From the sequence record MT135025.1: a stretch of DNA of 64,000 bases; one strand, 5' to 3'. A program made the translations under genes and the position numbers. This document shows, in pieces, positions 36,334 to 46,161 of the stretch. Each line of letters opens with the position of its first letter. The first letter of the stretch is position 1. The notes under the pieces are model-generated. The model was not told the origin of the DNA and made no database searches. It worked only from the letters and a program-made list of their open reading frames with translations.

Positions 36334-37260
36334 ATGAAAAGTACAATGTTTTTGAACAACATCACATGCATCGACCATGCATGGGTTGATGATATGGGTG
36401 AAATGAATGGTAATAGCTACAATCTATGTGTAGAAATTACCGGTGAAGTTGACGAGACTGAACAAGTTGTTATTGATTTCAGTGGTTGTAAGAAAGCAAT
36501 CAAACATCTTGTGGATGATTCTGAATTCGCCATTGATCATCGTCTAGTCGTCGTTGACGGGTTTAGTGATGCAGTTCTTTCTCAAGTCGAAGATCGACTA
36601 CGCATTCAAATCGACACGCCGGTCTTTCATGCAGTGTCCACGGTTGACGACTGGTATCAAGTCATCAAGCCGAGCGAATTGATTGAAGCCGACTTTAAAA
36701 TCCCTAGCGATTCTCTGTACATGTCGTATGTTACTGAGTATCTTGAAGATATGCTGCTTGAACAGCTACGCAAGCAAGGTTATCCCGTTACACACGTCGC
36801 TGTAGAGCTTTCAGAGTCGTTTGACTTACCATCATGGGCAAACAGTCACGTTGAATTCAATTACGCTCACGGACTGCGTTCAAGCACATCATACGGATGT
36901 CAGAACATTGCACACGGTCATCGTTCATTCATTGCAGTAGATCAGCATTTGAACAGTAACGGTCGCAAGGTGCTGAAGCGCATTGCTAAAGAAATGAGCG
37001 GTTATATTGCTTGGTCAGAAAACATTCGCAAAGAAGATGAAGTGTCTTACACTTCAAAACGCGGCAACTTCTACTTGAGACACAGCAATATCAAAGTAAT
37101 CCCGACGGAAACTACAGTCGAAAATCTAGCCAATTACATTGCAACTACATACGAAGAAGAGTTCCAACGAATGGGAGTTCAGCGTGTGTGGGTATCTGAG
37201 GGTCTATCAAAAGGCTCGGTTGTAGACATCAAAATCAACAAAGAATTGCTCTATAAGTAA
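36334..37260 (+). CDS. queD: 6-carboxytetrahydropterin synthase QueD, tandem-domain form
   Basis: Two T-fold repeats; second has HGL..C..IAHGH.S and TTVENLA; first has degenerate NGNSY; VIDF, DH. Confidence 0.8.
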   Translation: MKSTMFLNNITCIDHAWVDDMGEMNGNSYNLCVEITGEVDETEQVVIDFSGCKKAIKHLVDDSEFAIDHRLVVVDGFSDAVLSQVEDRLRIQIDTPVFHAVSTVDDWYQVIKPSELIEADFKIPSDSLYMSYVTEYLEDMLLEQLRKQGYPVTHVAVELSESFDLPSWANSHVEFNYAHGLRSSTSYGCQNIAHGHRSFIAVDQHLNSNGRKVLKRIAKEMSGYIAWSENIRKEDEVSYTSKRGNFYLRHSNIKVIPTETTVENLANYIATTYEEEFQRMGVQRVWVSEGLSKGSVVDIKINKELLYK

Positions 37261-37280
37261 TCAACAAATTAATGTTTAGT

Positions 37281-37305
37281 AGCACGTCTCGGCGTGCTAT
37301 TATTG
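37281..37305 (+). terminator. hairpin, possible terminator
   Basis: TAGCACG-tctcgg-CGTGCTA-ttatt. Confidence 0.5.
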
Positions 37306-37328
37306 TTTTCTATCAATGAGGAAATAGA

Positions 37329-37997
37329 ATGTTAGACAAAAATAAAGTAGATCCAGTACTTGGACAAAAAGTTGAAGCGCATCTTCGTAAAATCGGGATG
37401 CACACGCCGACTGTTGAAAACGGTCTAACTGATGATGAAAAGAAAGCTATTCTTGAAGATCGTTTCACTGACATCATGCAAGCTCTTGGTCTTGACTTAT
37501 CAGACGATTCATTAGTTGATACTCCGAAGCGTTGGGCTAAGATGATGGTGAATGAGCTTATGAGCGGTCTATCGCCAGATATGTTCCCGAAATGTACTGC
37601 TGTAGACAACAAGATGAACTACGATCAGATGGTTTGCGAAAAAGGAATTACTGTTCTTTCTCAGTGTGAGCATCACATCGTAACAATCGACGGCTTTGCC
37701 ACTGTCGCATACATTCCGAAGAACAAAGTTCTTGGTCTGTCGAAAATGAATCGCATCGTTGAGTACTTCGCTCGTCGTCCGCAGATTCAAGAACGTCTGA
37801 CTGTTCAAATCGCTGAAGCACTGAAGTTCATTCTTGAAACTGAAGACGTAGCGGTATTGATCGACGCCAAACACTATTGCGTGAAAGCACGCGGTGTTGA
37901 AGATAACAACTCAAGCACAGTGACTAGCCACTTATCTGGTGCTTTCCGTAACGAACCAGAGGCTCGCGCTGAGTTTATGTCACTTGCACGAGGGTAA
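37329..37997 (+). CDS. folE: GTP cyclohydrolase I
   Basis: TPKRWAKM, SQCEHH, GLSK..R, RRPQIQERLT, HYCVKARG. Confidence 0.97.
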   Translation: MLDKNKVDPVLGQKVEAHLRKIGMHTPTVENGLTDDEKKAILEDRFTDIMQALGLDLSDDSLVDTPKRWAKMMVNELMSGLSPDMFPKCTAVDNKMNYDQMVCEKGITVLSQCEHHIVTIDGFATVAYIPKNKVLGLSKMNRIVEYFARRPQIQERLTVQIAEALKFILETEDVAVLIDAKHYCVKARGVEDNNSSTVTSHLSGAFRNEPEARAEFMSLARG

Positions 37998-39377
37998 TTG
38001 ATGATAATTGAATACGTTATGTCTGCGACGGGTCATGCTCGTCTCGGCGCAGCACATAAGCTAATGGACGTGGTTGACACGTCCTATTTGCGCGACATTT
38101 TAAATGCAGCGCAAGATCTCGACGGCGTTCACAAAATCAGTATGCTGTACAATGCATATACTGAAAAGAAAGTCGGTCATCAAATCAATGACTTGTTCGG
38201 TGATTCTGTATACAAGGTACACGTCGATTCGGGTGGTCTACAGATAGTCAACTTGGGTTTAGAGAACACGCCCGAACTTCGCAAAGCAGTATACGAGAAT
38301 CAAGCAGAATCTGGTGATATTGGCATGTGTTTTGACGAAATCCCATTGCACAACGAAGCAAAGGGTGGTGGCGCTGCTCGTATCAACACGAAAGACAAGG
38401 TCTTCATGTATGATCTAGCGTACAAGTACGGCGTCAAAACAGGTAAGAACATTCGCGCACAAATCGAAACTTATATCGAGAAGGGTAGCAAATGCAAACC
38501 GTATATCATCTTACAAGGCAACTCAGACGACGACTTTAAAGCATTCAGTGACGGGATTATGTCTCAACTCGAAGGCGTTGAAGATCACATTGCTGGTTGT
38601 GCTGCTGCCGATACATGCATTGGTAATGGCGTACGTGAGTCTATCGACATGATGAGCGTCATTCCGAAACTCAACATCCCAGAGAAAGCAAAGAAATCAG
38701 TGCATATGCTGGGAGTTGGCTCAGTTAAACGTCTATTGCCTGCTGTAGCACTTATCAGAAGTGGTTATTTTGGCGATGACTTTCATATCAGCTATGACTC
38801 ATCAACGCATACTGGATGTCTGACTAACCGAGAATACACTGATAAGCTTGGTCGTCGTCGTAAGATCTCGGGTCACGGCATCATGAAAGATGGTAAGAAA
38901 TTGCCTTCTCGTGAGCTTGATGAAATGCTAGATGAAGTGTGGGGTCGATTCGGTCATGCTCTACCGCGTAGCAAAGAAGAGTTCAAGGAATTCGCGACAC
39001 GTCTGTGGTTGAAAGAACTCGACAAAGAAACAATGACTGACGAAGATATTGTGTTTGAAGTTGCTTGCAACTTGTGTATAATCTTATCACAGGTCAACAA
39101 CTTTCAAGCGATTATATCTGAAACGTTTGACTTGAATACGCCAAAAGCTGCTGATCTGTCAGCGTTCTTCGGTGGTTCTGTTGAGAAAAAAGAGCCGCAA
39201 GAGGGATTCAAGAAGTGGTCAGCGATTCGTCGCCTTGATGTTCTTGATAAACTACTTGACGTTAAAACTATCGAAGCCTATGACCGCTGGCACAGTAGCT
39301 ACGTTGATAGACTACCGTCAATGCGCATTCGTAGAGGCACAACTGCTGAATTCCCAGCGTTCAAAGAACAAGAATAG
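37998..39377 (+). CDS. TGT-fold 7-deazaguanine transglycosylase (DpdA/TGT-like)
   Basis: DSGG.Q, .MCFDEIP, ILQG, VHMLGVG, SYDSST motifs; no zinc-binding CxC motif evident; adjacent to folE/queD/queF. Confidence 0.75.
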   Translation: MMIIEYVMSATGHARLGAAHKLMDVVDTSYLRDILNAAQDLDGVHKISMLYNAYTEKKVGHQINDLFGDSVYKVHVDSGGLQIVNLGLENTPELRKAVYENQAESGDIGMCFDEIPLHNEAKGGGAARINTKDKVFMYDLAYKYGVKTGKNIRAQIETYIEKGSKCKPYIILQGNSDDDFKAFSDGIMSQLEGVEDHIAGCAAADTCIGNGVRESIDMMSVIPKLNIPEKAKKSVHMLGVGSVKRLLPAVALIRSGYFGDDFHISYDSSTHTGCLTNREYTDKLGRRRKISGHGIMKDGKKLPSRELDEMLDEVWGRFGHALPRSKEEFKEFATRLWLKELDKETMTDEDIVFEVACNLCIILSQVNNFQAIISETFDLNTPKAADLSAFFGGSVEKKEPQEGFKKWSAIRRLDVLDKLLDVKTIEAYDRWHSSYVDRLPSMRIRRGTTAEFPAFKEQE

Positions 39378-39406
39378 CGCCTTTGGGCGCTCTTTATGAG
39401 GTAAAC

Positions 39407-39544
39407 ATGAGCAATTATGATCAAGTTTCAGCTATTGCTGCTGAACATTTAGGTAAAAAAGCTGGCGATTACAGCGATTTCGTTGACATCGTAGAAGTTC
39501 GCCCTGATTTACTCGTGCCGATCCCGCGTGAACTGAATCGAACT
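39407..39544 (+). pseudogene. queF: QueF (preQ0 reductase) N-terminus, truncated by a junction
   Basis: HLGK...Y....PDLLVPIPRELNR matches the QueF N-terminal LGK/LLxxVPRxLNR pattern; GAGG RBS. Confidence 0.7.
39418..39544. repeat. 127 bp exact inverted duplicate of 54918-55044
   Basis: Direct reverse-complement comparison. Confidence 0.92.
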
Positions 39545-39658
39545 CACTAAATCATTTGATGATACAGAAGCGTGACCGAAGTGAGTGTCGCTCGTAAATG
39601 TGATTGTAGTCATAATTTTCTCTTTCGTTGTTTCGTTTCGATAGACACATATTATCGC
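39545..39658 (-). other. foreign fragment: B-type promoter leader plus start of a metallophosphoesterase-like ORF
   Basis: Reverse strand ATCGAAACGAAAC..GAGAAAATT-ATG then MTTITFTSDTHFGH. Confidence 0.6.
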
Positions 39659-40168
39659 CATCTTACTCCTTTTCGTCACACTTCAGTCACTATTCGATGC
39701 AAGGAGCCTATCTTCCTTGCCCGTCAGCTAGGTAAACATCAAGCTGGCTTGAGCTGGAATGAAGTGTCACGACGTTACGTAAAAGGTGATGCAGAGTTTC
39801 ATGTTCCATCAGCTTGGCGACTAGCTCCTGATGGTAGTATCAAACAGGGCAGTGCAGGTGTGCACCCTAGCTCTGGTCAATTCTCTGCTGCTTACAAAGA
39901 CTTCATCAACAAAGCAGAAGATTTCTACAACAGCTTGATTGAAAATGGCGTTGCTCCTGAGCAAGCCCGTATGGTTTTACCACAGTCAATGCTAACTGAG
40001 TGGGTTTGGACTGGTAATCTGCTAGCTATGGCTCATATCTACCGTGAACGAATTGCATCTGGAGCACAACTTGAAGCACAATACTTCGCAAGAAAACTGG
40101 ACGACGCCTTACAGCCGCTTTTCCCTGTGGCTTGGGCAGCGCTTACAAAACCTAACGCAATCAAATAA
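39659..40168 (+). CDS. thyX: flavin-dependent thymidylate synthase ThyX, 5'-truncated
   Basis: H.TPFRH, PIFLARQL.KH, SWNEVSRRY, PEQARMVLPQS, AQLEA. Confidence 0.92.
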   Translation, partial: HLTPFRHTSVTIRCKEPIFLARQLGKHQAGLSWNEVSRRYVKGDAEFHVPSAWRLAPDGSIKQGSAGVHPSSGQFSAAYKDFINKAEDFYNSLIENGVAPEQARMVLPQSMLTEWVWTGNLLAMAHIYRERIASGAQLEAQYFARKLDDALQPLFPVAWAALTKPNAIK

Positions 40169-40178
40169 GGAAACAAGT

Positions 40179-40403
40179 ATGGCAACTGTAGACATACGCA
40201 ATCATGGCGCTAAAATAGATGGTATAGTGTTTGCAGATAAAGAGGGCGGCGAGGGTCGCCTCTATAAGCTGGAGCGTTTTGTACCTGTACAATTTCACCT
40301 CGTAACATCTAGCGGAATGAGAGTCCATGTAAAAATGGATGATGTTGACAACCTTATTGAAGCCCTAAAGGCAGCTAAAGAGCTTTGGGGCAAAACAAAT
40401 TAA
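40179..40403 (+). CDS. hypothetical protein
   Basis: AAGGA RBS, start MATVDI. Confidence 0.65.
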   Translation: MATVDIRNHGAKIDGIVFADKEGGEGRLYKLERFVPVQFHLVTSSGMRVHVKMDDVDNLIEALKAAKELWGKTN

Positions 40404-40417
40404 ACGAGAGAAAAATC

Positions 40418-41167
40418 ATGGAAAATAGAAAGCACTTCTTCGGTAACTTTAAAAAGATTATCGACAGCTTGGTAGTAGACACCCACCCACATAGTGAAAA
40501 TGGCGGTGTTGTAGTAGTTGCGGGGGGTTTCCTCCGTGACTTACACCTAAGACGACAACCTAAAGATATTGACATCTTCTTTAGTGGTCCACAGTCGTCA
40601 CAAACTATCTTTAAGCATTTAAAGGAGAAGAACCCTGAACTGTTTAAAGACTGCAAGCATAAGTTCTACTGTGATGAAAACTATGGTATGGAAGAAGAAG
40701 AAGTTAAAGGTAACTTTGCTGTCTACGACCTAGTTAAAGTTGAACTTACAAATGGTTTAAACATTGACATCATTGCAACACAACGTGTGTGGGAACAGCC
40801 TTGGGAGTTATTAGGCAACCACTTTGATTGTAACTTAAACGCCCTAGCATATGATGGTCAGACTTTGTTTGCACCTAATGGTATGCCTAACAAGGATGGT
40901 ATCTTCTTCCCTCTTGGCGGTGCATACATTGACAACCAAGTTACTAAAGAGCGTATGATTCGCTTAGTACAGAAAGTTCCTTTCGGTAATTTCCAAGCCT
41001 TTAGTCAGTTCTTCCCTAATGATTGGGATGAGATTCTAGAAGCACGTAAGAAAGCACAAGAAGCTGAACGCAAAGAACTGGCGAAAGCAGCACAAGCTGA
41101 AGCCGCAGCAATGGCAGCGGTAGTACCAGGAATTATTCAAGACGAAGCAGCACAACTGGAGTTTTAA
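40418..41167 (+). CDS. nucleotidyltransferase (CCA-adding/poly(A) polymerase head-domain-like)
   Basis: VAGGFLRD....PKDIDIF (GG..RD..DxD), IDII, FD..LN.LA. Confidence 0.8.
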   Translation: MENRKHFFGNFKKIIDSLVVDTHPHSENGGVVVVAGGFLRDLHLRRQPKDIDIFFSGPQSSQTIFKHLKEKNPELFKDCKHKFYCDENYGMEEEEVKGNFAVYDLVKVELTNGLNIDIIATQRVWEQPWELLGNHFDCNLNALAYDGQTLFAPNGMPNKDGIFFPLGGAYIDNQVTKERMIRLVQKVPFGNFQAFSQFFPNDWDEILEARKKAQEAERKELAKAAQAEAAAMAAVVPGIIQDEAAQLEF

Positions 41168-41169
41168 TA

Positions 41170-41295
41170 ATGGATAAGCAATACAACAAATCTCGTTACG
41201 AACGTAAGCGCAAGTACAAAAACAAACAACAACAACGTCGTCGCCGTTATGGTGATGACTATGACAAAGGCTTTGGAGGTAACTGTGGAGAATAA
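41170..41295 (+). CDS. small highly basic peptide (41 aa)
   Basis: Manual ORF MDKQYNKSRYERKRKYKNKQQQRRRRY... Confidence 0.5.
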   Translation: MDKQYNKSRYERKRKYKNKQQQRRRRYGDDYDKGFGGNCGE

Positions 41296-41435
41296 TTTCA
41301 CTGTTCACACTAAACGTACACTAGAAGCGCTCCCATTGGTGGAGCGTTTGTACATCCAAGAGAAACACAAAATTCATTTTAAGTATAAGCGTGGTGATAT
41401 TGTTTACCATTGTTTCATGTTTTAAAGGAGAATAG

Positions 41436-43136
41436 ATGGCAAAAATTATTGGCGATACGGCTTGTCCTAAGTGTAGAGAAAATGGTAGAGACAAAACTGG
41501 CAACCACCTAATGATTTTCGATAATGGTAATGGCTACTGCAATCGCTGTGGTTTTGTCCATCGAAAAGATAAGATGGGTGAGGTTAAGCCAGTTCCTCGA
41601 CCTATCAAATCTCCTGAAGAAATCAAAGCTGAGTTGGATGAGGTTAAAACTTATCCGATTCAAGCTCTTGGTAGTCGGAAGATTAGTAAAGAAACTGCCG
41701 ACAAGTTAGGTATCCGTGTGGCGCTGAGTGAGGAAGATGGAAAGACCCAAACTCAGCACTACTACCCGTATACTCGTGAGAGTAAACTGAGTGGCTATAA
41801 CGTTCGTAACCTTGGCATGAAGTCATTCTACGGTGTTGGTGAACGTAAGGGTGTTGACCCATTCAACTGGTTCAATGCTCGTCGTGTAGCTACTCGTAAA
41901 AAGATTATCATATGTGAGGATGAGCTATCTACAGCATCCGTTGTTGAGGTGTTCGACAAGTACACCAAGGATAAGCAATGGCTTCCTGCTGTAATTGGCT
42001 TGGCAACATCCCCACAAGGTATTGTACAAGAGCTAGGTCGTACTCATATCAAAGACTTCTTATTGTCATTTGATGAAATTGTATTCGCATTGGATAATGA
42101 CGAGGCTGGTGAAGAGGGTCTGAACCAAGCACTGCAACTATTCCCTGATGCTAAGTTCGTGGACTTACCGCTTAAAGACCCTAACGATATGAAGATGGCT
42201 GATATGGAAGTAGAACTCTACAACCTTATCAACTTCAATGCACGTCGTAAACAACCATCTGGTTCTTTGACTCTACACGACCTCAAAGAGCGTATGCTTG
42301 CTCCTGTTGAGAAAGGTTACTCATTACCTTGGGAGAAGCTAAACAAACACACTAACGGGCTTCTGATGGGTCAGATTTGGACTATCGGTTCTGGTGTAGG
42401 TATTGGTAAAACATTCTTGGCTAACTCTATTACAGCTTGGTTATGGAAAGAACACCGTATCAAGTCTGGTCAAATTATGTTGGAGCAACCTGCTGAGGAA
42501 TCTGGTCGTGCTATTGTAGGTGCGATGACAGGTCAGCATTTCAATGACCCTAAGATTCCAATGAACAGAGAGAGATTAGCTGATGCTATCGACGACGTTG
42601 GTAACAATATTTATTTCTATGATGCTGTGCGTAATGCTGATTGGGACGAAATCAAACCAGTCATTAGACACTGGGTGGTGGTGGAAGGCGTCAAAGTTAT
42701 ACAGCTTGACAATCTTACTACACTCACTGCTCATCTTGATAGTTCTACTGCAAACACCGAAGTAAATAGAATCATGGCTGAGCTGGCTATGATGTGCAAG
42801 AAGTATGAATTCTCTGCATTCGTATACAGCCACTTGAACCCGCCTAAGACAGGCGATAGCCATGAAGATGGGGGTGAGGTTAAGGAAGTACAATTAACAG
42901 GCTCTCGTGGCGCTATGCGTTACTCTAGCTATGTGATTGGCTTTGAACGTAACCGTAACCCAGCTCTTCCACAAGAGGAGCAAAACCTAAGCCGTATTCG
43001 ACTGATGAAGTGTAGACCTATTGGTTCTACCCCAACCATTGTCGGTACATATTACAATCCTGCAACGGGATTAATTGAACAACGAGAAGAAATGCACCTA
43101 CCTAAAACACCTAAGCTTGTGGGTGGGGGCGATTAA
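41436..43136 (+). CDS. T7 gp4-type DNA primase-helicase
   Basis: CPKC..CNRC Zn finger, CEDE..A, LD.D.AG TOPRIM, GSGVGIGKT, LDNL, SHL, GS. Confidence 0.95.
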   Translation: MAKIIGDTACPKCRENGRDKTGNHLMIFDNGNGYCNRCGFVHRKDKMGEVKPVPRPIKSPEEIKAELDEVKTYPIQALGSRKISKETADKLGIRVALSEEDGKTQTQHYYPYTRESKLSGYNVRNLGMKSFYGVGERKGVDPFNWFNARRVATRKKIIICEDELSTASVVEVFDKYTKDKQWLPAVIGLATSPQGIVQELGRTHIKDFLLSFDEIVFALDNDEAGEEGLNQALQLFPDAKFVDLPLKDPNDMKMADMEVELYNLINFNARRKQPSGSLTLHDLKERMLAPVEKGYSLPWEKLNKHTNGLLMGQIWTIGSGVGIGKTFLANSITAWLWKEHRIKSGQIMLEQPAEESGRAIVGAMTGQHFNDPKIPMNRERLADAIDDVGNNIYFYDAVRNADWDEIKPVIRHWVVVEGVKVIQLDNLTTLTAHLDSSTANTEVNRIMAELAMMCKKYEFSAFVYSHLNPPKTGDSHEDGGEVKEVQLTGSRGAMRYSSYVIGFERNRNPALPQEEQNLSRIRLMKCRPIGSTPTIVGTYYNPATGLIEQREEMHLPKTPKLVGGGD

Positions 43137-43153
43137 ACGAGGAAATATACACG

Positions 43154-43600
43154 ATGGCTATTTATAAAATTCAACGAGAGAAAATTGGTAATATCACACA
43201 CCTAGTGCGTGTTCAGGTTCTGCCTTTTGATGTATACTGCAAAGTATGTGAAGAATATCATGACGCTGTTATGGGTGATGAGGATGATTTTACTATCCAT
43301 ACGGAATGTAGTTGTGCTATTGATGACTTCTACACTGAAGAACAGTATGAAGATTTAGAAGAAGAGCGTGACCGTTGGGAAATCAGAGCGGAAGAGCTTG
43401 AAGAAGAGCGAGATGAAGCTGTTGCAGACAAAGACCGTCTTGAACAGGAATATATCCAAGAGATTCAAACACTTCGTGATAATAACGAACTAACTAACAA
43501 CACTCTCGAAATCGAACGTGAAGAACACCAAGAAGCCATCGAGTTACGTGATAATATTATTGATGAACTGGAAGCTAAGCTTCGTGAATTGGAGGGTTAA
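43154..43600 (+). CDS. hypothetical acidic coiled-coil protein
   Basis: 148 aa; CxxC, CxC; TAATG-coupled to pol. Confidence 0.7.
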   Translation: MAIYKIQREKIGNITHLVRVQVLPFDVYCKVCEEYHDAVMGDEDDFTIHTECSCAIDDFYTEEQYEDLEEERDRWEIRAEELEEERDEAVADKDRLEQEYIQEIQTLRDNNELTNNTLEIEREEHQEAIELRDNIIDELEAKLRELEG

Positions 43601-45288
43601 TGGAATCATTTGTTTCTGGACTAGGTGAGGTCTGGTGTACTGACATCGAATCAACAGGTCTCATCGAGGACATGAAGAAGCAATCTAATCCAATGCTTCA
43701 CTGTTTTGGAGCGATTAACCCAGAGACGGGTGAGAGACGTTTGTTCTCTCGCTCAAATGGTAAACTAGGCTCTGAACTACAGGCATTTCTAGATAGCGGT
43801 GTCACTCTAGTTATGCATAATGGAATCTGTTTCGATGGTGAAGCACTCAAATATTTGGGTTACAGTGTGGACAAGTGCCGTATTCTTGATACTCTTGCCC
43901 TTAGCTGGTACCTTAATCCTCGGCTAAACAAGCACGGTCTTGAATACTGGGGTGAGGTATTTGGAGTACCTAAGCCACCTGTATATGATTGGGTTAACGA
44001 AGACCCATCTGTGTACGACCACCGAGTCATGGAAGACTGTGAGATTCAGTTGCGACTCTGGCGTATGCAACAACAACAGCTCAATGAGATTTATGATACA
44101 GCTAAGAGCAAAGGTAAGCTACTTGATTATCTTATGTTCAAGATGGAACTTCAACGTATCCAAGCTCTTAACAAATGGAAGCTTGATATTGATGGCTGTC
44201 ATAAACTTATTGCAGAACTTGAGGCACGTAAGGATGAACGATTCGATGCACTTCAATGCTCAATGCCAAAAGTACCTGTCAAAAGTAAGAAAACAAGACC
44301 AGCTAAGCCTTTCAAAAAGAATGGGGATTTATCAGCGACAGGTCTTAAATGGAAAACTCTTACCGAGGAACATGGGCTACCATTCGAATATGACGGCGTT
44401 ATTGAAGTCATTACAGGATACGTCGAACCAAACGCTGGCTCACATGTACAAATCAAAGACTGGCTCTTCTCCCTAGGTTGGGAGCCACAAACTTTTGACT
44501 TTAAACGTAACAAGGAAACAGGGGAAACACGGAAGATTCCTCAGATTAGTGATGGCAATGGCGGTGTATGTAAATCCGTAGAGAAGCTGATTAAGAAGTA
44601 TCCTGACAAGGGTATTGATAACTTAGCAGGTCTTGGTATTATCAGCCACCGCTTGAGTATCGTTAAAGGTTTCTTAAGAGAGGTAGACGATGACGGATAC
44701 ATCGCAGCAAGATGTAACGGGTTCACTAACACGTTGCGTCTCAAACATGCTGGACTGGTTAATTTACCATCCACTCGTGTTCCATACGGTAAGGAAATTC
44801 GAGGGCTACTCGGCTGTCCAGACGGATACCAGAACATTGGTTCTGACTTATCGTCCTTGGAAGACCGTTGCAAACACCACTTCCAATGGAAATACGACCC
44901 TGAGTATGTTAAACTCCAGATGCAAGAGGACTATGACCCCCATCTACAAGTATGCTTACTCGGCGGGTTGCTCACGGAGAAACAGATTGCAGCGCACAAA
45001 GCAAAGCAAGAAGACCACTCAGACACAAGGCACATCGGCAAGGGCGGTAACTACGCTTGTCAGTACGGTGCAGGCATCGAAACGCTGATGCGTCAGCTAG
45101 GCATTCCTTTAGAGGTTGCTAAAGCTGTACACTCAGGTTATTGGAAACTAAACTGGTCAATCAAAAAGATTGCTCAATCAACAACGGTGAAGCATGCAAA
45201 TGGAGAAATGTGGCAATATAACCCAGTATCAGGTCTATGGTATTGGCTTAAAGCAGACAAGGACAGATTCTCAACTCTTTGTCAGGGT
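43600..45288 (+). CDS. polA: family A DNA polymerase, 3'-truncated before motif C
   Basis: TDIEST exo I, HNG..FD, DLSSLEDR motif A, K..NYACQYGAG motif B; sequence switches to the inverted duplicate at 45289. Confidence 0.92.
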
Positions 45289-45414
45289 GTTGCTCCTACG
45301 AAAGCTCGACCTTTACCTAGTACGCCGCTCTTCGAGTCGCCATCATTTACACCAAACGCCCGTATAAACGCAAAAGCGTTGGCGTGTGATAAATTCACTT
45401 CAACGTGGTCTGAT

Positions 45415-45532
45415 TGAATATGAAGCCAAATTATCTGGCATTGATATTATCATTATTAAAGGCAGAGATGCATGGCGTAAAATTCATAAAGACTACGACC
45501 ATTACTGCACAACTATTTATAAGGAGTTATAA
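45415..45532 (+). CDS. 3' end of a tail-region GNAT-like protein, 5'-truncated
   Basis: ...IIIKGRDAWRKI..Y...TTIYKEL*, coupled to the next ATG. Confidence 0.45.
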
Positions 45533-46161
45533 TGGGCGGTGACCAAAAACAATCCCAAACCCAAGATAGTACCTCAGTATGGAAGCCCGTCCAATCTGGT
45601 AACTACGAGGAACTACTTAATCGTGCTGATGCATGGCTTAACCAAGGCGGCTTCCAGTTAGGTTCAGATTATACTGGACAGATGGAAGACATCCTAGGTG
45701 CTAGCCAAAACATGTACATGGAAATGATGAATAGTAATGTTGACCGTAATGCTCTCAACAATGCTATGAATGCTTCTGCTCAAGCAGCAACTACCAACTT
45801 CCAACGTAATGTACTTCCGGGTATTCAGCAAACATCTAATCAGGCGGGCGCAGGAGCAGGCTCACGCAGTGCAATTGCAGAAGGCTTAGCAATGGGTGAC
45901 CTTAATGCTCAAATCGCTCAGACGAACGCACAGCTCGCTTATGAGGCTGAACAGAATAACATCCAACGTCGTATGGCAGGTGCTCAAGGTCTAGGTAACT
46001 TGATGAGTGGTTATCAAGGTCTATCTGATTACCAAGCTAGCCGAGCTAATAGTTACATGCAGTCACTACTTGCTTACAAAGATGTTATCTCAGGCAATAT
46101 GGGTGGTACAGAAACAGGTACAACCACAGGTACTGCATCAGGCAGTGGAGGTCTATTGTAA
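45532..46161 (+). CDS. internal virion / DNA ejection protein
   Basis: MGG....Q.Q.S start; AGAGAGSRS.IA.G motif; Gln/Asn-rich. Confidence 0.7.
   Translation: MGGDQKQSQTQDSTSVWKPVQSGNYEELLNRADAWLNQGGFQLGSDYTGQMEDILGASQNMYMEMMNSNVDRNALNNAMNASAQAATTNFQRNVLPGIQQTSNQAGAGAGSRSAIAEGLAMGDLNAQIAQTNAQLAYEAEQNNIQRRMAGAQGLGNLMSGYQGLSDYQASRANSYMQSLLAYKDVISGNMGGTETGTTTGTASGSGGLL

Noticed and set aside
39572-39658. N-terminus of the ThyX ORF (MTEVSVARK...)
   Set aside because: Antisense of a foreign promoter/ORF fragment; the true ThyX N-terminus is missing
35827-45288. Treating the queuosine genes and thyX/primase/pol as one operon of phage A
   Set aside because: Separated by a 127 bp duplicated end and a foreign insert, with different codon style; the adjacency is probably artefactual
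45289-45417. Intron/intein or natural C-terminus of PolA (VAPTKARPLP...TWSD)
   Set aside because: It is the exact reverse complement of 33792-33917; chimeric tail with no splicing signatures
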